From: an uncultured Acidobacteriota bacterium | GTDB lineage: Bacteria > Acidobacteriota > Thermoanaerobaculia > UBA5066 > Gp7-AA6 | DNA: 64,000 bases | NCBI GenBank assembly: GCA_963764715.1 | Contig: CAVXTP010000009.1 | Location: 32,001-96,000 of the forward strand | Reading direction: 5' to 3' | In this document: positions 29,930-42,320 of the stretch, in pieces | Position numbering within the stretch: position 1 is the first letter of the stretch | How the letters are laid out: every line of letters starts with the position of its first letter | The notes under the pieces: generated by a model | What the model was told of the DNA's origin: nothing | What the model saw: the letters and a program-made list of their open reading frames with translations, nothing else | Database searches by the model: none | Position numbers and translations under genes: made by a program

Positions 29930-30568
29930 ATGGCGAAGGTCGCCCTCGGCACGCGGCGCCAGGCCCTGACGTTCCTCGCCCTCGGCGTCGTGCTCGTGCT
30001 CGCCGTCGTGCGCTGGAATTCGGGCGGGGGCAAGCAGGGGCCGCCTCCCGGGCGACCCGGCGAAGAAGAGCGCGGTCCCGGGGCCGGCCGCGATCGAGGA
30101 GGAGGCGCCGGCCGCGCGCGGCGGGCGGCGCTCGGCCTCGACGAAGATCGTCTCGCCCGACGAAGTGCCGGTCATCGATCCCAAAGACTTCGACGTGCCT
30201 CCGGGAAGGGAGCGTCGGACCGGGCCGCGACCTCTTCGACCTCCGCGAGCCGACGCACGCCGCCGCCTCCGACGCCGACCCCGCGCCCGCCCATGCCGGG
30301 CGAGCCGAGCTACATCGGGCCGCTGCCACCGCCGCCTCCGACGCCGACGCCGAGGCCGCCGGAGGTCACGTTCAAGTTCGTCGGCAGCTTCGGCCCGAAG
30401 GACCGTCCGATCGCGGTGATCCAGCAGGGCGACGAGGTCTTCAACGCCCGGGCGGGCGACACCCTGTTCGGCAAGTTCGTACTCCGTAAGGTGGGATACG
30501 AATCGATCGACGTCGGATTCGTGGGCTTCGACCCGAACGAGACGCGGCGGCTCCCGATCACGCCATGA
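29930..30568 (+). CDS. PilP/GspC-like protein with a Pro-rich linker (frameshifted)
   Basis: TM segment, PTPTP linker, and FKFVGSFG...AVIQQGDEVFNARAGD HR-like domain. Confidence 0.55.
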   Translation: MAKVALGTRRQALTFLALGVVLVLAVVRWNSGGGKQGPPPGRPGEEERGPGAGRDRGGGAGRARRAALGLDEDRLARRSAGHRSQRLRRASGKGASDRAATSSTSASRRTPPPPTPTPRPPMPGEPSYIGPLPPPPPTPTPRPPEVTFKFVGSFGPKDRPIAVIQQGDEVFNARAGDTLFGKFVLRKVGYESIDVGFVGFDPNETRRLPITP

Positions 30569-30573
30569 AGAAG

Positions 30574-30652
30574 AGCAGACGGCAGACGGCGGACGGCGGA
30601 CGGCAGGGAGATTCGATCTCCTGCCTCCTGCTTCCTGCCTCCTGCCTCCTCG
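30574..30652. repeat. Inverted pair of 7-nt tandem arrays
   Basis: AGCAGAC GGCAGAC GGCGGAC GGCGGAC ... CTCCTGC CTCCTGC TTCCTGC CTCCTGC. Confidence 0.85.
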
Positions 30653-30674
30653 GACCGAAGAGAGGACACTCAGG

Positions 30675-33044
30675 ATGAAGCTTCTGGAAGCGGAGCGTCG
30701 CGGCGCTGATGTGCGTCGTCCTGACCGCCTGCGCGGGCTCGACGGCCTATCAGCAGGCGAAGGACGAGGAGGCGGTCGGGCACTGGGACCTCGCGGTCAT
30801 GCAGTACGTCGAAGGCCGTCGAGAACGACCCGAGGCAACGCCTCCTACAAGGTCGCGCTCGAGCGGGCGAAGCGCAAGGCCTCGCAGGTCCACTTCGAGA
30901 AGGGCAAGATGTACCGGGCCTCGGGCCGGCCCGATCTCGCCGTCGTCGAGTTCGCGCAGACCGTCCTCCTCGACCCGACCAACGACTACGCCGTGGCCGA
31001 GCTCCGCAAGTCGGAGGCCGAGGCCGCCAAGCAGGAAGCCGAGCGCTCCGCCGACTCCAAGATGCAGACGCTGAAGAAGAAGACCAAGGGGGCGCGCGCG
31101 GTCACGCCCATGCTCGAGCCCTCGAGCGACCGGCCCATCAACCTCAACTTCCCGCAGCCCAAGCCCATCAAGCAGATCTACCGGGCCCTGGCGGACGCCG
31201 CCGGGATCAACGTCGTCTTCGATCCGCAGCTCAAGGACGACAACGTCTCGATCGTCCTGTCCTCGATCGACTTCCAGAAGGCGCTCGAGACGCTGCATCC
31301 GGCAGGAGAACCACTTCTACAAGATCATCGACGAGCACACGATCCTGATCGCCGCCGACACCCCGCAGAACCGGAAGACCTACGAGGACCTCGTCATCCG
31401 GACGTTCTTCCTGTCGAACGCCGACGTCACCGAGGTCGCCAACGCCCTGCGCGCGCTCCTCCAGACGACGCGCATCTCGGTCAACAAGGCCGAGAACTCG
31501 ATCACCCTGCGCGACACCGCCGACAAGGTCGCCGTGGCCGAGCGCATCGTCGAGCAGAACGACAAGCAGGTCGCCGAGGTCGTGGTCGACGTCGAACTCC
31601 TGCAGATCAACGCGACCAAGGCGCAGAACCTCGGGCTTCAGCTGGTTCCCCGGGCGGTCGGGGCCCACGATCCCGTCGCCCGGCACGGGCGTGACGAATC
31701 TCGGGGCGACGGTCGCCAACGGCTTCACGTGGGACCAGCTCCAGCAGATCGGGATCAAGTCGTTCGGCTTCACGATCCCGTCGGTCGTCCTGACGTTCAT
31801 CAAGGACAACAGCGACGCGGAGCTGCTCGCCAAGCCGCAGCTCCGGATCGCCGAGGGACAGAAGGCGCAGCTCTTGATCGGCGACCGCGTCCCGATCCCG
31901 GTGTCGAGCTTCAACACCTCCAACGTCAGCGGCTCGAACGTCGTGCCGGTCACGTCCTACCAGTACCAGGACATCGGCATCAAGATCGAGGTCGAGCCCC
32001 GCGTGCACCACAACAAGGAAGTCACGCTGAAGCTGATGACCGAGGTCTCGAACATCAGCGGCTACGCCGGCGTGGCGACGGGCCAGCAACCGCAGCCGAT
32101 CATCGGAACGCGGACGATCTCGTCGAACATCCGCCTCCGGGACGGCGAGACGAACTTCCTGGCGGGCCTCTACCGGACCGACAAGTCGAACGCCCGCGAG
32201 ACGATCCCGTTCATCGGCGACATCCCGATCCTCGGACGCATCTTCTCGAAGGTGAAGACGGACAACCAGACGACCGACCTCGTCCTGACGCTGACGCCGC
32301 ACATCATCCGGATCCCCGACATCACCGAGGAGGACCTGACGCCGGTCTACGTCGGCACCGACGCCAACATTTCCTACCAGGGCGGCCCTCGCGTCGAGAA
32401 CCCGAACCGGGACGCCGGACCCTTCGAGCAGCAGCCGGGCGGCCGCCCGCCGATCCAGCGCCAGCCGCCCCCCGCGGGCGCAGCCGACGCCCATCCCCGG
32501 GATCAACCTCGCGCCCGGCGGCGCGCCGACGGACATCTTCCGGCCCACCCCGCCGCCGTCGACGCCGCAGAACCAGGTCCCGCCGCAGGCCAAGCCCGGC
32601 CAGGTCTCGTCGAACGGCGCCACGGCGGCTCCGGCCGCGGCGCTGTCTCTCGCCGCGGTCGACAACGGGACGCCGGTGCTCCTCGACTTCAACCCGGCGT
32701 TCCTGACGCTCGGCGTCGGGCAGCAGCAGACGGTCCTCGTGCGGGCGACCTCGCCCGCGGGCTTCCCGGGAGGCACGCTCCGCGTCCGGTTCGATCCTTC
32801 GGTCGCCGCGGCCGTCTCGGTGCGGCCGGTGATGATCGGAGAGGCCGGGACGGCCTCGGGCAGCATTTCCAACGACGAGGTCGTGTTGGAGCTGCCCGAC
32901 TCCGCCGACCTCTCCGGCACCCGGGCCGTCGCCGAGATCACGCTCCGCGGGATCGCCGCGGGCCGCGCCATGCTCGCCTTCCAGCCGGTCGAGATGGCGG
33001 GCGCCGAGGTCACGACCTCTTCTGCGACGGTCGACGTTCGATGA
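30675..33044 (+). CDS. gspD: Secretin (GspD/PilQ family) with lipoprotein/TPR N-terminus and cohesin-like C-terminus (several frameshifts)
   Basis: LTAC lipobox, LAKPQLRI, IGDRVPI, YQDIGIKIEVEPRVH, IPFIGDIPILGRIF and LTPHIIR. Confidence 0.85.
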
Positions 33045-33523
33045 CGCTCCCGGTCTCGAGGCGGTCGCGGCGGCGGGAGGCCGGCTTCACGATGGTGGAG
33101 GTCGCGATCGTGGCCGTCATGGTCGCGATCCTCGCCGGCATGGTGATCCCGGTCGCGCGCTACTCGCTCCGGCGCCAGAAGGAGCTGGAGCTCAAGCACC
33201 AGCTCCGGACGATGCGCGAGGCGATCGACAAGTACAAGCAGCTCTCGGACGCAGGGTTGATCCCGCTCGAGATCGGCGGCGAAGGCTTCCCGCCGGACCT
33301 GGAGACCCTCGCCAAGGGCGTCGATCTCGTGGGTCAGGTCAAGAAAAAGCAGCGGTTCATCCGAAAGCTGCCGATCGATCCGATGACGGGGAAGGCGGAG
33401 TGGGGCCTGCGCTCCTACCAGGACGAGCCGGACTCGTTTGCCTGGGGCGGCCAGAACGTCTACGACATCTATTCCCTGTCCCCGGCGAAGGCCCTGGACG
33501 GGACGTACTACAAGGACTGGTGA
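33041..33523 (+). CDS. GspG-like (pseudo)pilin 1
   Basis: G|FTMVE prepilin site, PPDLETL and PIDPMTG. Confidence 0.88.
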   Translation: MTLPVSRRSRRREAGFTMVEVAIVAVMVAILAGMVIPVARYSLRRQKELELKHQLRTMREAIDKYKQLSDAGLIPLEIGGEGFPPDLETLAKGVDLVGQVKKKQRFIRKLPIDPMTGKAEWGLRSYQDEPDSFAWGGQNVYDIYSLSPAKALDGTYYKDW

Positions 33524-33963
33524 TGAGGAGCCGGGAGGCAGGAGGCAGGCGGCGGGAGGCGGGAGGGGAGAGCGGATTCACGCTCCTCGAGCTGCTCGTC
33601 GTCATGACGATCATCGGGATCCTCGCCGCGATCGCGGTGCCGTCGCTGCGCGACTCGCCGCAGCGGGCCCGGGAGGCGACGCTGCGCGCGGACCTCTTCA
33701 CGTTCCGGAGCGTCATCGACCAGTACAAGGGCGACAAGGGAAACTACCCGGCGGACCTCGAGACCCTGGTCAAGGACGGGTACATGCGGAAGATCCCCCT
33801 CGACCCGATGACGAAGGCCGCCGACTGGGTGCTGACGATGGAGGAGGAGCCCTCCGAGCCCGACGACCCGTCCATCACCGAGCCGCCGAAGCCCGGCATC
33901 ATCGACGTCCACAGCGCGTCGAAGCTGAAGGCGCTCGACGGGACCGTCTACAGTGACTGGTGA
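33523..33963 (+). CDS. GspG-like (pseudo)pilin 2
   Basis: G|FTLLELL, YPADLETLV and IPLDPMT. Confidence 0.9.
   Translation: MRSREAGGRRREAGGESGFTLLELLVVMTIIGILAAIAVPSLRDSPQRAREATLRADLFTFRSVIDQYKGDKGNYPADLETLVKDGYMRKIPLDPMTKAADWVLTMEEEPSEPDDPSITEPPKPGIIDVHSASKLKALDGTVYSDW
33527..33570. repeat. 7-nt tandem array encoding the prepilin leader
   Basis: GGAGCCG GGAGGCA GGAGGCA GGCGGCG GGAGGCG GGAGGGG. Confidence 0.75.
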
Positions 33964-34709
33964 GGCGGCGGCCGGAGCGGCTTCCGGCAGCGGCCGCGCG
34001 TCCGGCTTCACGCTCGTCGGCGTCGTCGTCGCGATCGCGATCCTGACGATCCTGATCGCGGCGATCGGGCCCTCCATCGCGACCGTCATGCAGCGGGACA
34101 AGGAGATCGAGCTCATCTTCCGCGGCAAGCAGTACGCGCGGGCGATCCTCGCCTTCCAGAAGCGGTACGGGCGGTATCCCCATCGAGCTCAAGGAGCTCG
34201 CGGAGATCAAGCCCCGCTCGATCCGGCAGCTCTGGAAGGAGCCGATGTGCAACTGCGACGAAGGCTGGACGCCGATCATCGCGGGCACGCCGGACGCGCT
34301 CCCGATGGGGCAGGGCGCGCCGCCCCCGGGAGGCGGAATGCCGGGGAGCGGCTTTCAGCGCACGCCCCGGCCCGGGCAGAACAACCCGAACCAGCCGCCC
34401 TCGACCTACACGGGCATCGGCGGCCAGCCCACGCCGTCCTTCCTCGGCGGCGGAGGCCCGGCGCCGACGCCGACCGTCAAGCCGTTCTCGACCGGGATCT
34501 TCGGCGAGAAGCCCAAGACGACGACCGGCCCGATCGTCGGCGTGAAGATCGCGCTCCACAAGAAGGCCATCCGCAAGTGGCGCGACCACGAGTTCTACGA
34601 CGAGTGGCGCTTCATCGCGGGCGACGCTGACAACGACCTCTCGAATCCGATCGATCCCAACACTCTGCGCGGCGTCCAGCGGATGACGCCTTCTCCGGGA
34701 GTGCCGTAG
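33953..34709 (+). CDS. Minor (pseudo)pilin lacking Glu5 (frameshift near 34180)
   Basis: G|FTLVGVV, ELIFRGKQY, IRQLWKEPM and YDEWRF. Confidence 0.8.
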
Positions 34710-34712
34710 GCG

Positions 34713-35984
34713 GTGCTTCTCCGCCGCGTTCTCGACAACGGAGCCGTGGTCCTCGTCGACGAGATGCAGGACGTGCGCTCCTTCTCGCTCGGCTTCTTCG
34801 TGCGCGCGGGCTCCGGCCACGAGCCGGCGGCGCGGCGGGGCCTCTCGCACTTCCTCGAGCACCTGCTCTTCAAGCGCACGCGGCGCCGCTCCAACGCCGA
34901 GATCGCGCGCGCGATCGACGCTCTCGGCGGCGACGTCGACGCCTTCACGACCAAGGAGTACACCGGGTACTACGTCCACACGCTCGACGCGCGGTTCGCC
35001 GAGGCGCTCGACCTGATCGGCGACGTCGTGCTCTCGCCGGCCTTCGCCGCGGCGGACGTCGAGACCGAGCGCAGCGTCATCCTCGAGGAGATCGGCGAGG
35101 CCAACGACAACCCGGAGGACCTCGTCCACGAGACCTTCGTCGAGGCGTTCTGGAAGGGCCATCCGCTCGGCGCGCCGATCCTGGGCACCGAGAAGACCGT
35201 TCAGGCGATCGGGAAGTCCGATCTCGACGCCTACTACCGGGCGCGGTACGTCCCGGGCAATCTCGTCGTCGTGCTGGCCGGCCGGATCGAGGCGGCCCGC
35301 GCCTTCGACGCGATCGAGCGGCTCCTGTCGCGGCGCCGCGGCCGGTCCCCGCGGACGCCGTCCTCGCCCGCCCGCCCGCGGCCGCGCGCCCACGTCGCGT
35401 TCAAGCCGCGCCCCGGCCTCGAGCAGGCCCACGTCTGCTTCGGGTTCGAGGCCCCGCCGCAGACGTCGCGGCGGAGGTTCGCGGCGGCGCTCTTCGACGT
35501 CGCGCTCGGCGGCGGGATGTCCTCCCGGCTCTTCCAGGAGGTCCGGGAGAAGCGGGGCCTCGCGTACTCGATCGGCTCGGCCTTCAACTCCTACCGGCTC
35601 GGCGGGTACGAGACGGTCTCCGCCGCCTGCGCCCCGAAGAACCTGACGCGCTTGGTCGACGTGACCCTGCGAGAGCTCTCGAAGCTGAAGCGCGGGGGAG
35701 TCTCTTCCCGGGAGCTCGCGCGGGCCAAGGAAAACCTCAAGTGCAACATGCTCCTGGCGCTCGAGTCGACGGTGTCGCGGATGTCCTCGGCGGCGCGGCA
35801 GGAGCTCTACCTCGGCCGCGTCGAGCCTCCCGAGGAGATCCTGGCGAAGGTGGAGGCGGTGCGCTCGGAGGAGGTCGACGCCGAGGCCGCCCGGCTCCTC
35901 GACGGCCGGGCGTTGTCGCTCGCCGTCGTCGGCAGCCTCCCGCGCCTGCCCGTCTCCCGCGCCGACCTCTCCTCGGCCCTCTAG
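34713..35984 (+). CDS. M16 (pitrilysin) zinc peptidase
   Basis: GLSHFLEHLLFK (HxxEH) and MSSRLFQEVREKRGLAY. Confidence 0.95.
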   Translation: MLLRRVLDNGAVVLVDEMQDVRSFSLGFFVRAGSGHEPAARRGLSHFLEHLLFKRTRRRSNAEIARAIDALGGDVDAFTTKEYTGYYVHTLDARFAEALDLIGDVVLSPAFAAADVETERSVILEEIGEANDNPEDLVHETFVEAFWKGHPLGAPILGTEKTVQAIGKSDLDAYYRARYVPGNLVVVLAGRIEAARAFDAIERLLSRRRGRSPRTPSSPARPRPRAHVAFKPRPGLEQAHVCFGFEAPPQTSRRRFAAALFDVALGGGMSSRLFQEVREKRGLAYSIGSAFNSYRLGGYETVSAACAPKNLTRLVDVTLRELSKLKRGGVSSRELARAKENLKCNMLLALESTVSRMSSAARQELYLGRVEPPEEILAKVEAVRSEEVDAEAARLLDGRALSLAVVGSLPRLPVSRADLSSAL

Positions 35985-35999
35985 GGGGGCCCTCTAAGG

Positions 36000-36064
36000 G
36001 GGGTCAGGTCTTCAAATTTCGGATTCTTTGCAGGCTAAGAACCGAAAAATGAAGACCTGACCCC
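36000..36064. repeat. GGGGTCAGGTCTTCA-family hairpin, copy 3
   Basis: GGGGTCAGGTCTTCAAATTTCGGATTCTT...AAGAACCGAAAAATGAAGACCTGACCCC. Confidence 0.85.
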
Positions 36065-36086
36065 GGGTCTGATTGAATAGCGGGCG

Positions 36087-36539
36087 ATGGACGACATCGA
36101 GGTCCCGGTGACGGTGCTGCCGCACGGCGAAGGCCTGGAGCTGCCGTCCTACGCCACGGCCGGCGCGGCGGGCTGCGACCTGCGGGCGGCGCTCGGGGCG
36201 CCCCTCGTCCTGGCGCCGGGCGCGCGAGACCTCGTTCCGACCGGGATCGCGCTCGCGATCCCCGAGGGCTTCGAGGGGCAAGTGCGGATGCGGAGCGGCC
36301 TCGCCCTCCGGCACGGGCTGACGCTCCTGAACGGCCCGGGCACCATCGACAGCGACTACCGCGGCGAAGTGAAGGTGATCCTCGCCAACCTCGGGTCGGA
36401 GCCCGTGACGCTGACGCGCGGCGAGCGCATCGCGCAGCTCGTGATCGCGCCCGTCGCCCGCGCGAAACTCACGCTCGCGCAAAAGCTTGCGCCAACCCCG
36501 CGCGAAGGCGGCGGATTCGGGTCGACCGGTCGGACATAG
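36087..36539 (+). CDS. dut: dUTP diphosphatase
   Basis: [20 protein letters not shown] and GGFGSTG. Confidence 0.96.
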   Translation: MDDIEVPVTVLPHGEGLELPSYATAGAAGCDLRAALGAPLVLAPGARDLVPTGIALAIPEGFEGQVRMRSGLALRHGLTLLNGPGTIDSDYRGEVKVILANLGSEPVTLTRGERIAQLVIAPVARAKLTLAQKLAPTPREGGGFGSTGRT

Positions 36540-36569
36540 TCTGTCCGACCTTTCTGATACATTTTCGGA

Positions 36570-37340
36570 GTGCGGGTCACCATCCTCGCGTCCGGGTCCG
36601 GCGGCAACGCGTGTGTCGTCGAATCGGGCGCGACGCGGGTGCTTGTGGACGCCGGCCTCTCGGCCCGGGAGATCGAGCGCCGCATGACCCGCCGCGGGAT
36701 CCCCGTCGAGTCGATCGCCGCCGTCTTCCTGACTCACGAGCACAACGACCATTCGAGCGGCGCGGCCGTCTTCACGGCCCGCTGGGACTGCCCGCTCTAC
36801 ACGACCTGCGGCACCGCCGAGGCGATCGGCCTGGAGGGCGACCTCTTCACTCCGTTCGTCCGGATCGTTCCGGGCCGGGAGGGCCGGGTCGGCGACCTCG
36901 GGTTCCGGGCCTTCGCGACGCCGCACGACGCGGCGGAGTCCGTGGCCTACGCGTTCGAGTCGGACGACGCGCGCCTGGTGATCGCATCGGACCTCGGGCG
37001 CGCCGAGGCCGGCTTCGTGGACTTCCTCCGCGAAGCCACGACCCTGATGCTCGAGATGAACCACGACGAGGACATGCTGCGCGACGGCCCATACACCTGG
37101 CCGCTGAAGCGCCGGATCTCGGGGGGCCTCGGCCACCTCTCCAACGCCCAGTCGGCCGAGGCGATCCGGGCCTCTTCGGGCCCCAGGCGCCGCCGGATCG
37201 TGGCGACGCACCTCTCCCGCACCAACAACACGCCCGAGATCGTGCGGGCCATGCTCGCCCGGGCCATCGAACGGTCCGGCTGGCACGTGCCGTTCGAGAT
37301 CGCGGAACAAATCGAGGGTCTGGAGGCGTTTGACGCATGA
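36570..37340 (+). CDS. MBL-fold metallo-hydrolase (YycJ/WalJ-like)
   Basis: LASGSGGN, THEHNDH, LEMNHD, GHLSN and HLSRTNN. Confidence 0.9.
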   Translation: MRVTILASGSGGNACVVESGATRVLVDAGLSAREIERRMTRRGIPVESIAAVFLTHEHNDHSSGAAVFTARWDCPLYTTCGTAEAIGLEGDLFTPFVRIVPGREGRVGDLGFRAFATPHDAAESVAYAFESDDARLVIASDLGRAEAGFVDFLREATTLMLEMNHDEDMLRDGPYTWPLKRRISGGLGHLSNAQSAEAIRASSGPRRRRIVATHLSRTNNTPEIVRAMLARAIERSGWHVPFEIAEQIEGLEAFDA

Positions 37341-37579
37341 AAGTGGAAGTCCGGGTCTATCCGCGCGAAGGGGTCCTCGACCCGCAGGGCAAGGCGATCG
37401 CCGCCGCGCTCGGCCGCCTCGGCCACGGCTCGGTCCGGGACGTCCGGGCGGGCAAGGTGTTCTTCATCGACGTGGCCGGCAGCGACGCGAAGGCCGTCGA
37501 GGCCGACGCGCGGAAGATGGCCGAGGAGCTCCTCGCCAACACGGTGATCGAGGGCTACGACGTGAAGGTCGTCGCGTGA
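37337..37579 (+). CDS. purS: FGAM synthase subunit PurS
   Basis: VLDPQGKAI and LLANTVIE. Confidence 0.95.
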   Translation: MKVEVRVYPREGVLDPQGKAIAAALGRLGHGSVRDVRAGKVFFIDVAGSDAKAVEADARKMAEELLANTVIEGYDVKVVA

Positions 37580-37628
37580 CCGCGACGCGGACAGGGGATG
37601 TCGCGTGACCGCGACGCAGACAGGAGGT
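37571..37628. repeat. 29-bp imperfect tandem duplication with an internal hairpin
   Basis: GTCGCGTGACCGCGACGCGGACAGGGGAT followed by GTCGCGTGACCGCGACGCAGACAGGAGGT. Confidence 0.8.
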
Positions 37629-37633
37629 GTCGC

Positions 37634-38330
37634 ATGAAGTTCGGGATCGTGGTCTTCCCGGGCTCCAACTGCGACGAGGACTGCTATCACGTCGCAAAAG
37701 ATCTCCTCGGCTGCGAGGCCGACTTCATCTGGCACCACGACACGGACCTGAAGGGCGCGGACGCCGTGATCCTGCCGGGCGGCTTCGCCTACGGCGACTA
37801 CCTCCGCGCCGGCGCGCTCGCGCGGTTCTCGCCCGTCATGGAGAGCGTCTCGAAGTTCGCGGCCGCCGGCGGCCCCGTCCTCGGCATCTGCAACGGCTTC
37901 CAGGTGCTGCTCGAGGCCGGGCTGCTGCCCGGGGCCATGCAGATCAACCGGGGCCTGCGCTACGTGTGCCGCGACGTCCACATGAAGGTCGAGAACGACG
38001 CGACCGCGTTCACCTCGCTCTACCCGAAGGGGAGCGTCGTGACGATGCCGATCGGCCACATGGAAGGCAACTACACCGCGCCGCCGGACGTGCTCGACGC
38101 GCTCGAGCGCGAGGGCCGCGTGGTCTTCCGCTACTGCGAGAAGGACGGCCGCGTCACCGACGCCGTCGAACCCCAACGGCGCGGCCCGGAACATCGCCGG
38201 CATCTGCAACGCGGCAGGCAACGTCGTCGGCCTGATGCCGCACCCCGACCGCTGCGCCGAGAGCCTCCTCGGCAACGACCAGGGCATCAAGATGTTCCAG
38301 AGCGCCGTCGCCGCGCTCGCGACGCGATGA
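37634..38330 (+). CDS. purQ: FGAM synthase subunit PurQ (frameshift near 38170)
   Basis: [25 protein letters not shown] and GLMPHP. Confidence 0.93.
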
Positions 38331-38348
38331 GTCCGTTCGGGCTCGACC

Positions 38349-38558
38349 GGGCGGCCACGAGGGCCGCCCCTACGACCGGGGGCCGGAGCATCCGGACTCC
38401 GGATCGACCGGCTCTCCACGCGATTACGCCCCGGAAGAGTAGGGGCGGGGCTTGTCCCCGCCCTGGAAGCGGGCGGCCGCGTGCCGACCACCAGGGGCAG
38501 ACCCACGGCCGTAGGCAACGCTGGCCGAAGGCCAGCGGTAACCCAGGGCCGCCCCTGC
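38349..38558. repeat. Cluster of GTAG-type REP elements
   Basis: GGGCCGCCCCTAC (38361-38373), GTAGGGGCGGGGCTTGTCCCCGCCC (from 38439) and GGGCCGCCCCTGC (to 38558). Confidence 0.75.
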
Positions 38559-38571
38559 GACGAGGCGATCG

Positions 38572-40782
<2,211 letters not shown>

Positions 40783-40786
<4 letters not shown>

Positions 40787-40806
40787 GGGCGGGCTCGTCC
40801 CCGCGC
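40783..40806. repeat. Single GTAG-type REP overlapping the purL stop
   Basis: GTAGGGGCGGGCTCGTCCCCGCGC. Confidence 0.65.
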
Positions 40807-40807
40807 G

Positions 40808-41581
40808 TCAGCGCCGGGCCCGCGCCAGGATGCGGCGGTACGTGAAGAAGTACGGCCGCTCGTCCGGGACCATCGCGAAGAGCGCGTCGCGGTACTCCTC
40901 CACGAAGCGAGGATGGATTTCGGACGGAAGCCGGCGGCGGTATTCGGAGAGCAGCGAGCCCTCCACCCACGCGACGACGTCTTCGCGCGACTCGAGGCGC
41001 TGGCCGTAGATCTGGAGACGCACCGTCTGCTCCCCGAAACCGAGACGGTCGAGGATCGCGGCGTAAGCCTCGGGCGCGAGGACGTGGCGGGGGTGCGCGA
41101 CGCCGCCGAGCGCCGACCGGAACGGCTCCTCCGAAGCCGCCTCCTCCGCCGCCTTGTGCGAGGGATGGTCGAAGTTGTCCGGGACCTGGAAGGCGAGCTG
41201 GCCGCCGGGCGCGACGGCGCGCGCGAGCCGGGCGAGGAGCGCGGGATGGTCCGGGACCCAGTGGAGCGCGGCGTTGGAGAAGACGAGGTCGTAAGGGACG
41301 GCCGGCGCGAACGCGCCGATGTCGCCCCGCTCGAACCGCACGCCGTCGCGGGCCTGTCGGGCCGCCTTCTCGAGCATCGCGTCGGAGGAGTCGATCCCCA
41401 GCGTCTCGGAAGCCTGGATTCTGTAGTGCAGCACGCGGGTCAGCTCGCCGGACCCGCAGCCCAGATCCACGGCGCGGCCGCCCGGGACGGGAGCGACGAG
41501 CAGGAGAAGGTCCTCGAAGGGCCGGCGCCTCTCGACGCCGAAGCGCGCGTAGGCCTCCGGGTTCCAGCCGTCCGCGCTCAG
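40808..41581 (-). CDS. tam: Trans-aconitate 2-methyltransferase-like SAM methyltransferase
   Basis: [17 protein letters not shown] and [12 protein letters not shown]. Start uncertain, possibly CTG at 41581. Confidence 0.8.
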   Translation of the reverse strand: MSADGWNPEAYARFGVERRRPFEDLLLLVAPVPGGRAVDLGCGSGELTRVLHYRIQASETLGIDSSDAMLEKAARQARDGVRFERGDIGAFAPAVPYDLVFSNAALHWVPDHPALLARLARAVAPGGQLAFQVPDNFDHPSHKAAEEAASEEPFRSALGGVAHPRHVLAPEAYAAILDRLGFGEQTVRLQIYGQRLESREDVVAWVEGSLLSEYRRRLPSEIHPRFVEEYRDALFAMVPDERPYFFTYRRILARARR

Positions 41582-42310
41582 TAGCGAACCCTTTCGAGAA
41601 ACAACCCCGAAGGCGGCGCCGTCCACTTCGCCGGGGCGGCCGAGCGCTCGGTGAGGAGCTTCTCGACTCCCGCGGCGTCGAGGTTCCCGCGGCCGACCTC
41701 GACGAGGGTCCCGGCGAGCCGCCGGACCATCTTCCAGAGGAAGTGCGAGGCCGTGATGCGGAAGTGGAGCTCTTCGACGACGTCGAGGACCTCGCTCTTC
41801 TCGACGACGACGATCGTGGAGCCCTGGCCCTCGGGGTTCTCGCAGAACGACCCGAAGTCGTGCCGCCCCTCGAAGAGCTTCGCGGCGCGGCGCATGCGCC
41901 GCGGCGTCGAGGCGGTCCTTGATCCACCACACCAGGCGCTTGTCGAAGGCGGTGCGCCGGCGCGAGATCCGGTACAGGTACGTCCGGGAGATCGCGTCGT
42001 GACGGGCGTGAAACTTCGGCGGCGCCTTCTCGACGGAGAGCACGTTGACGTCGAAGGGGAGCCGGTCGTTCAGGCCCTCGAGGATCTGCCGGGGCGGAAG
42101 GTCCTTGCGCGCCTTCAGGTGCGCGACCTGGGCCAGCGCGTGGACGCCGGCGTCGGTGCGGCCGGCGCCGCCGATCGCGGTGTCCTCGTCGAAGAGCTCG
42201 CGCGCCGCGTGCGCCAGGGCCGCCTGCACGGTCTTGTCCGTGTTCTTCTGCGTCTGCCAGCCGCGGTAGCGGGTGCCCTCGTACTCGAGCGTGATCTTCC
42301 AGGTCGGCAC
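41578..42310 (-). CDS. truA: tRNA pseudouridine(38-40) synthase (frameshift near 41900)
   Basis: YEGTRYRGWQ, AGRTDAGVHA, FLWKMVR and TAPPSGLFL. Confidence 0.93.
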
Positions 42311-42320
42311 GCGCGGCAGT

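Noticed and set aside
31691-33523. Apparent secretin-pilin fusion (610 aa)
   Set aside because: An indel near 32480 creates it. The pilin has its own ATG at 33041 overlapping the secretin stop.
40808-42310. Apparent TruA-methyltransferase fusion (500 aa)
   Set aside because: An indel near 41900 creates it. The TruA C-terminal half lies in ORF 41578..41895.
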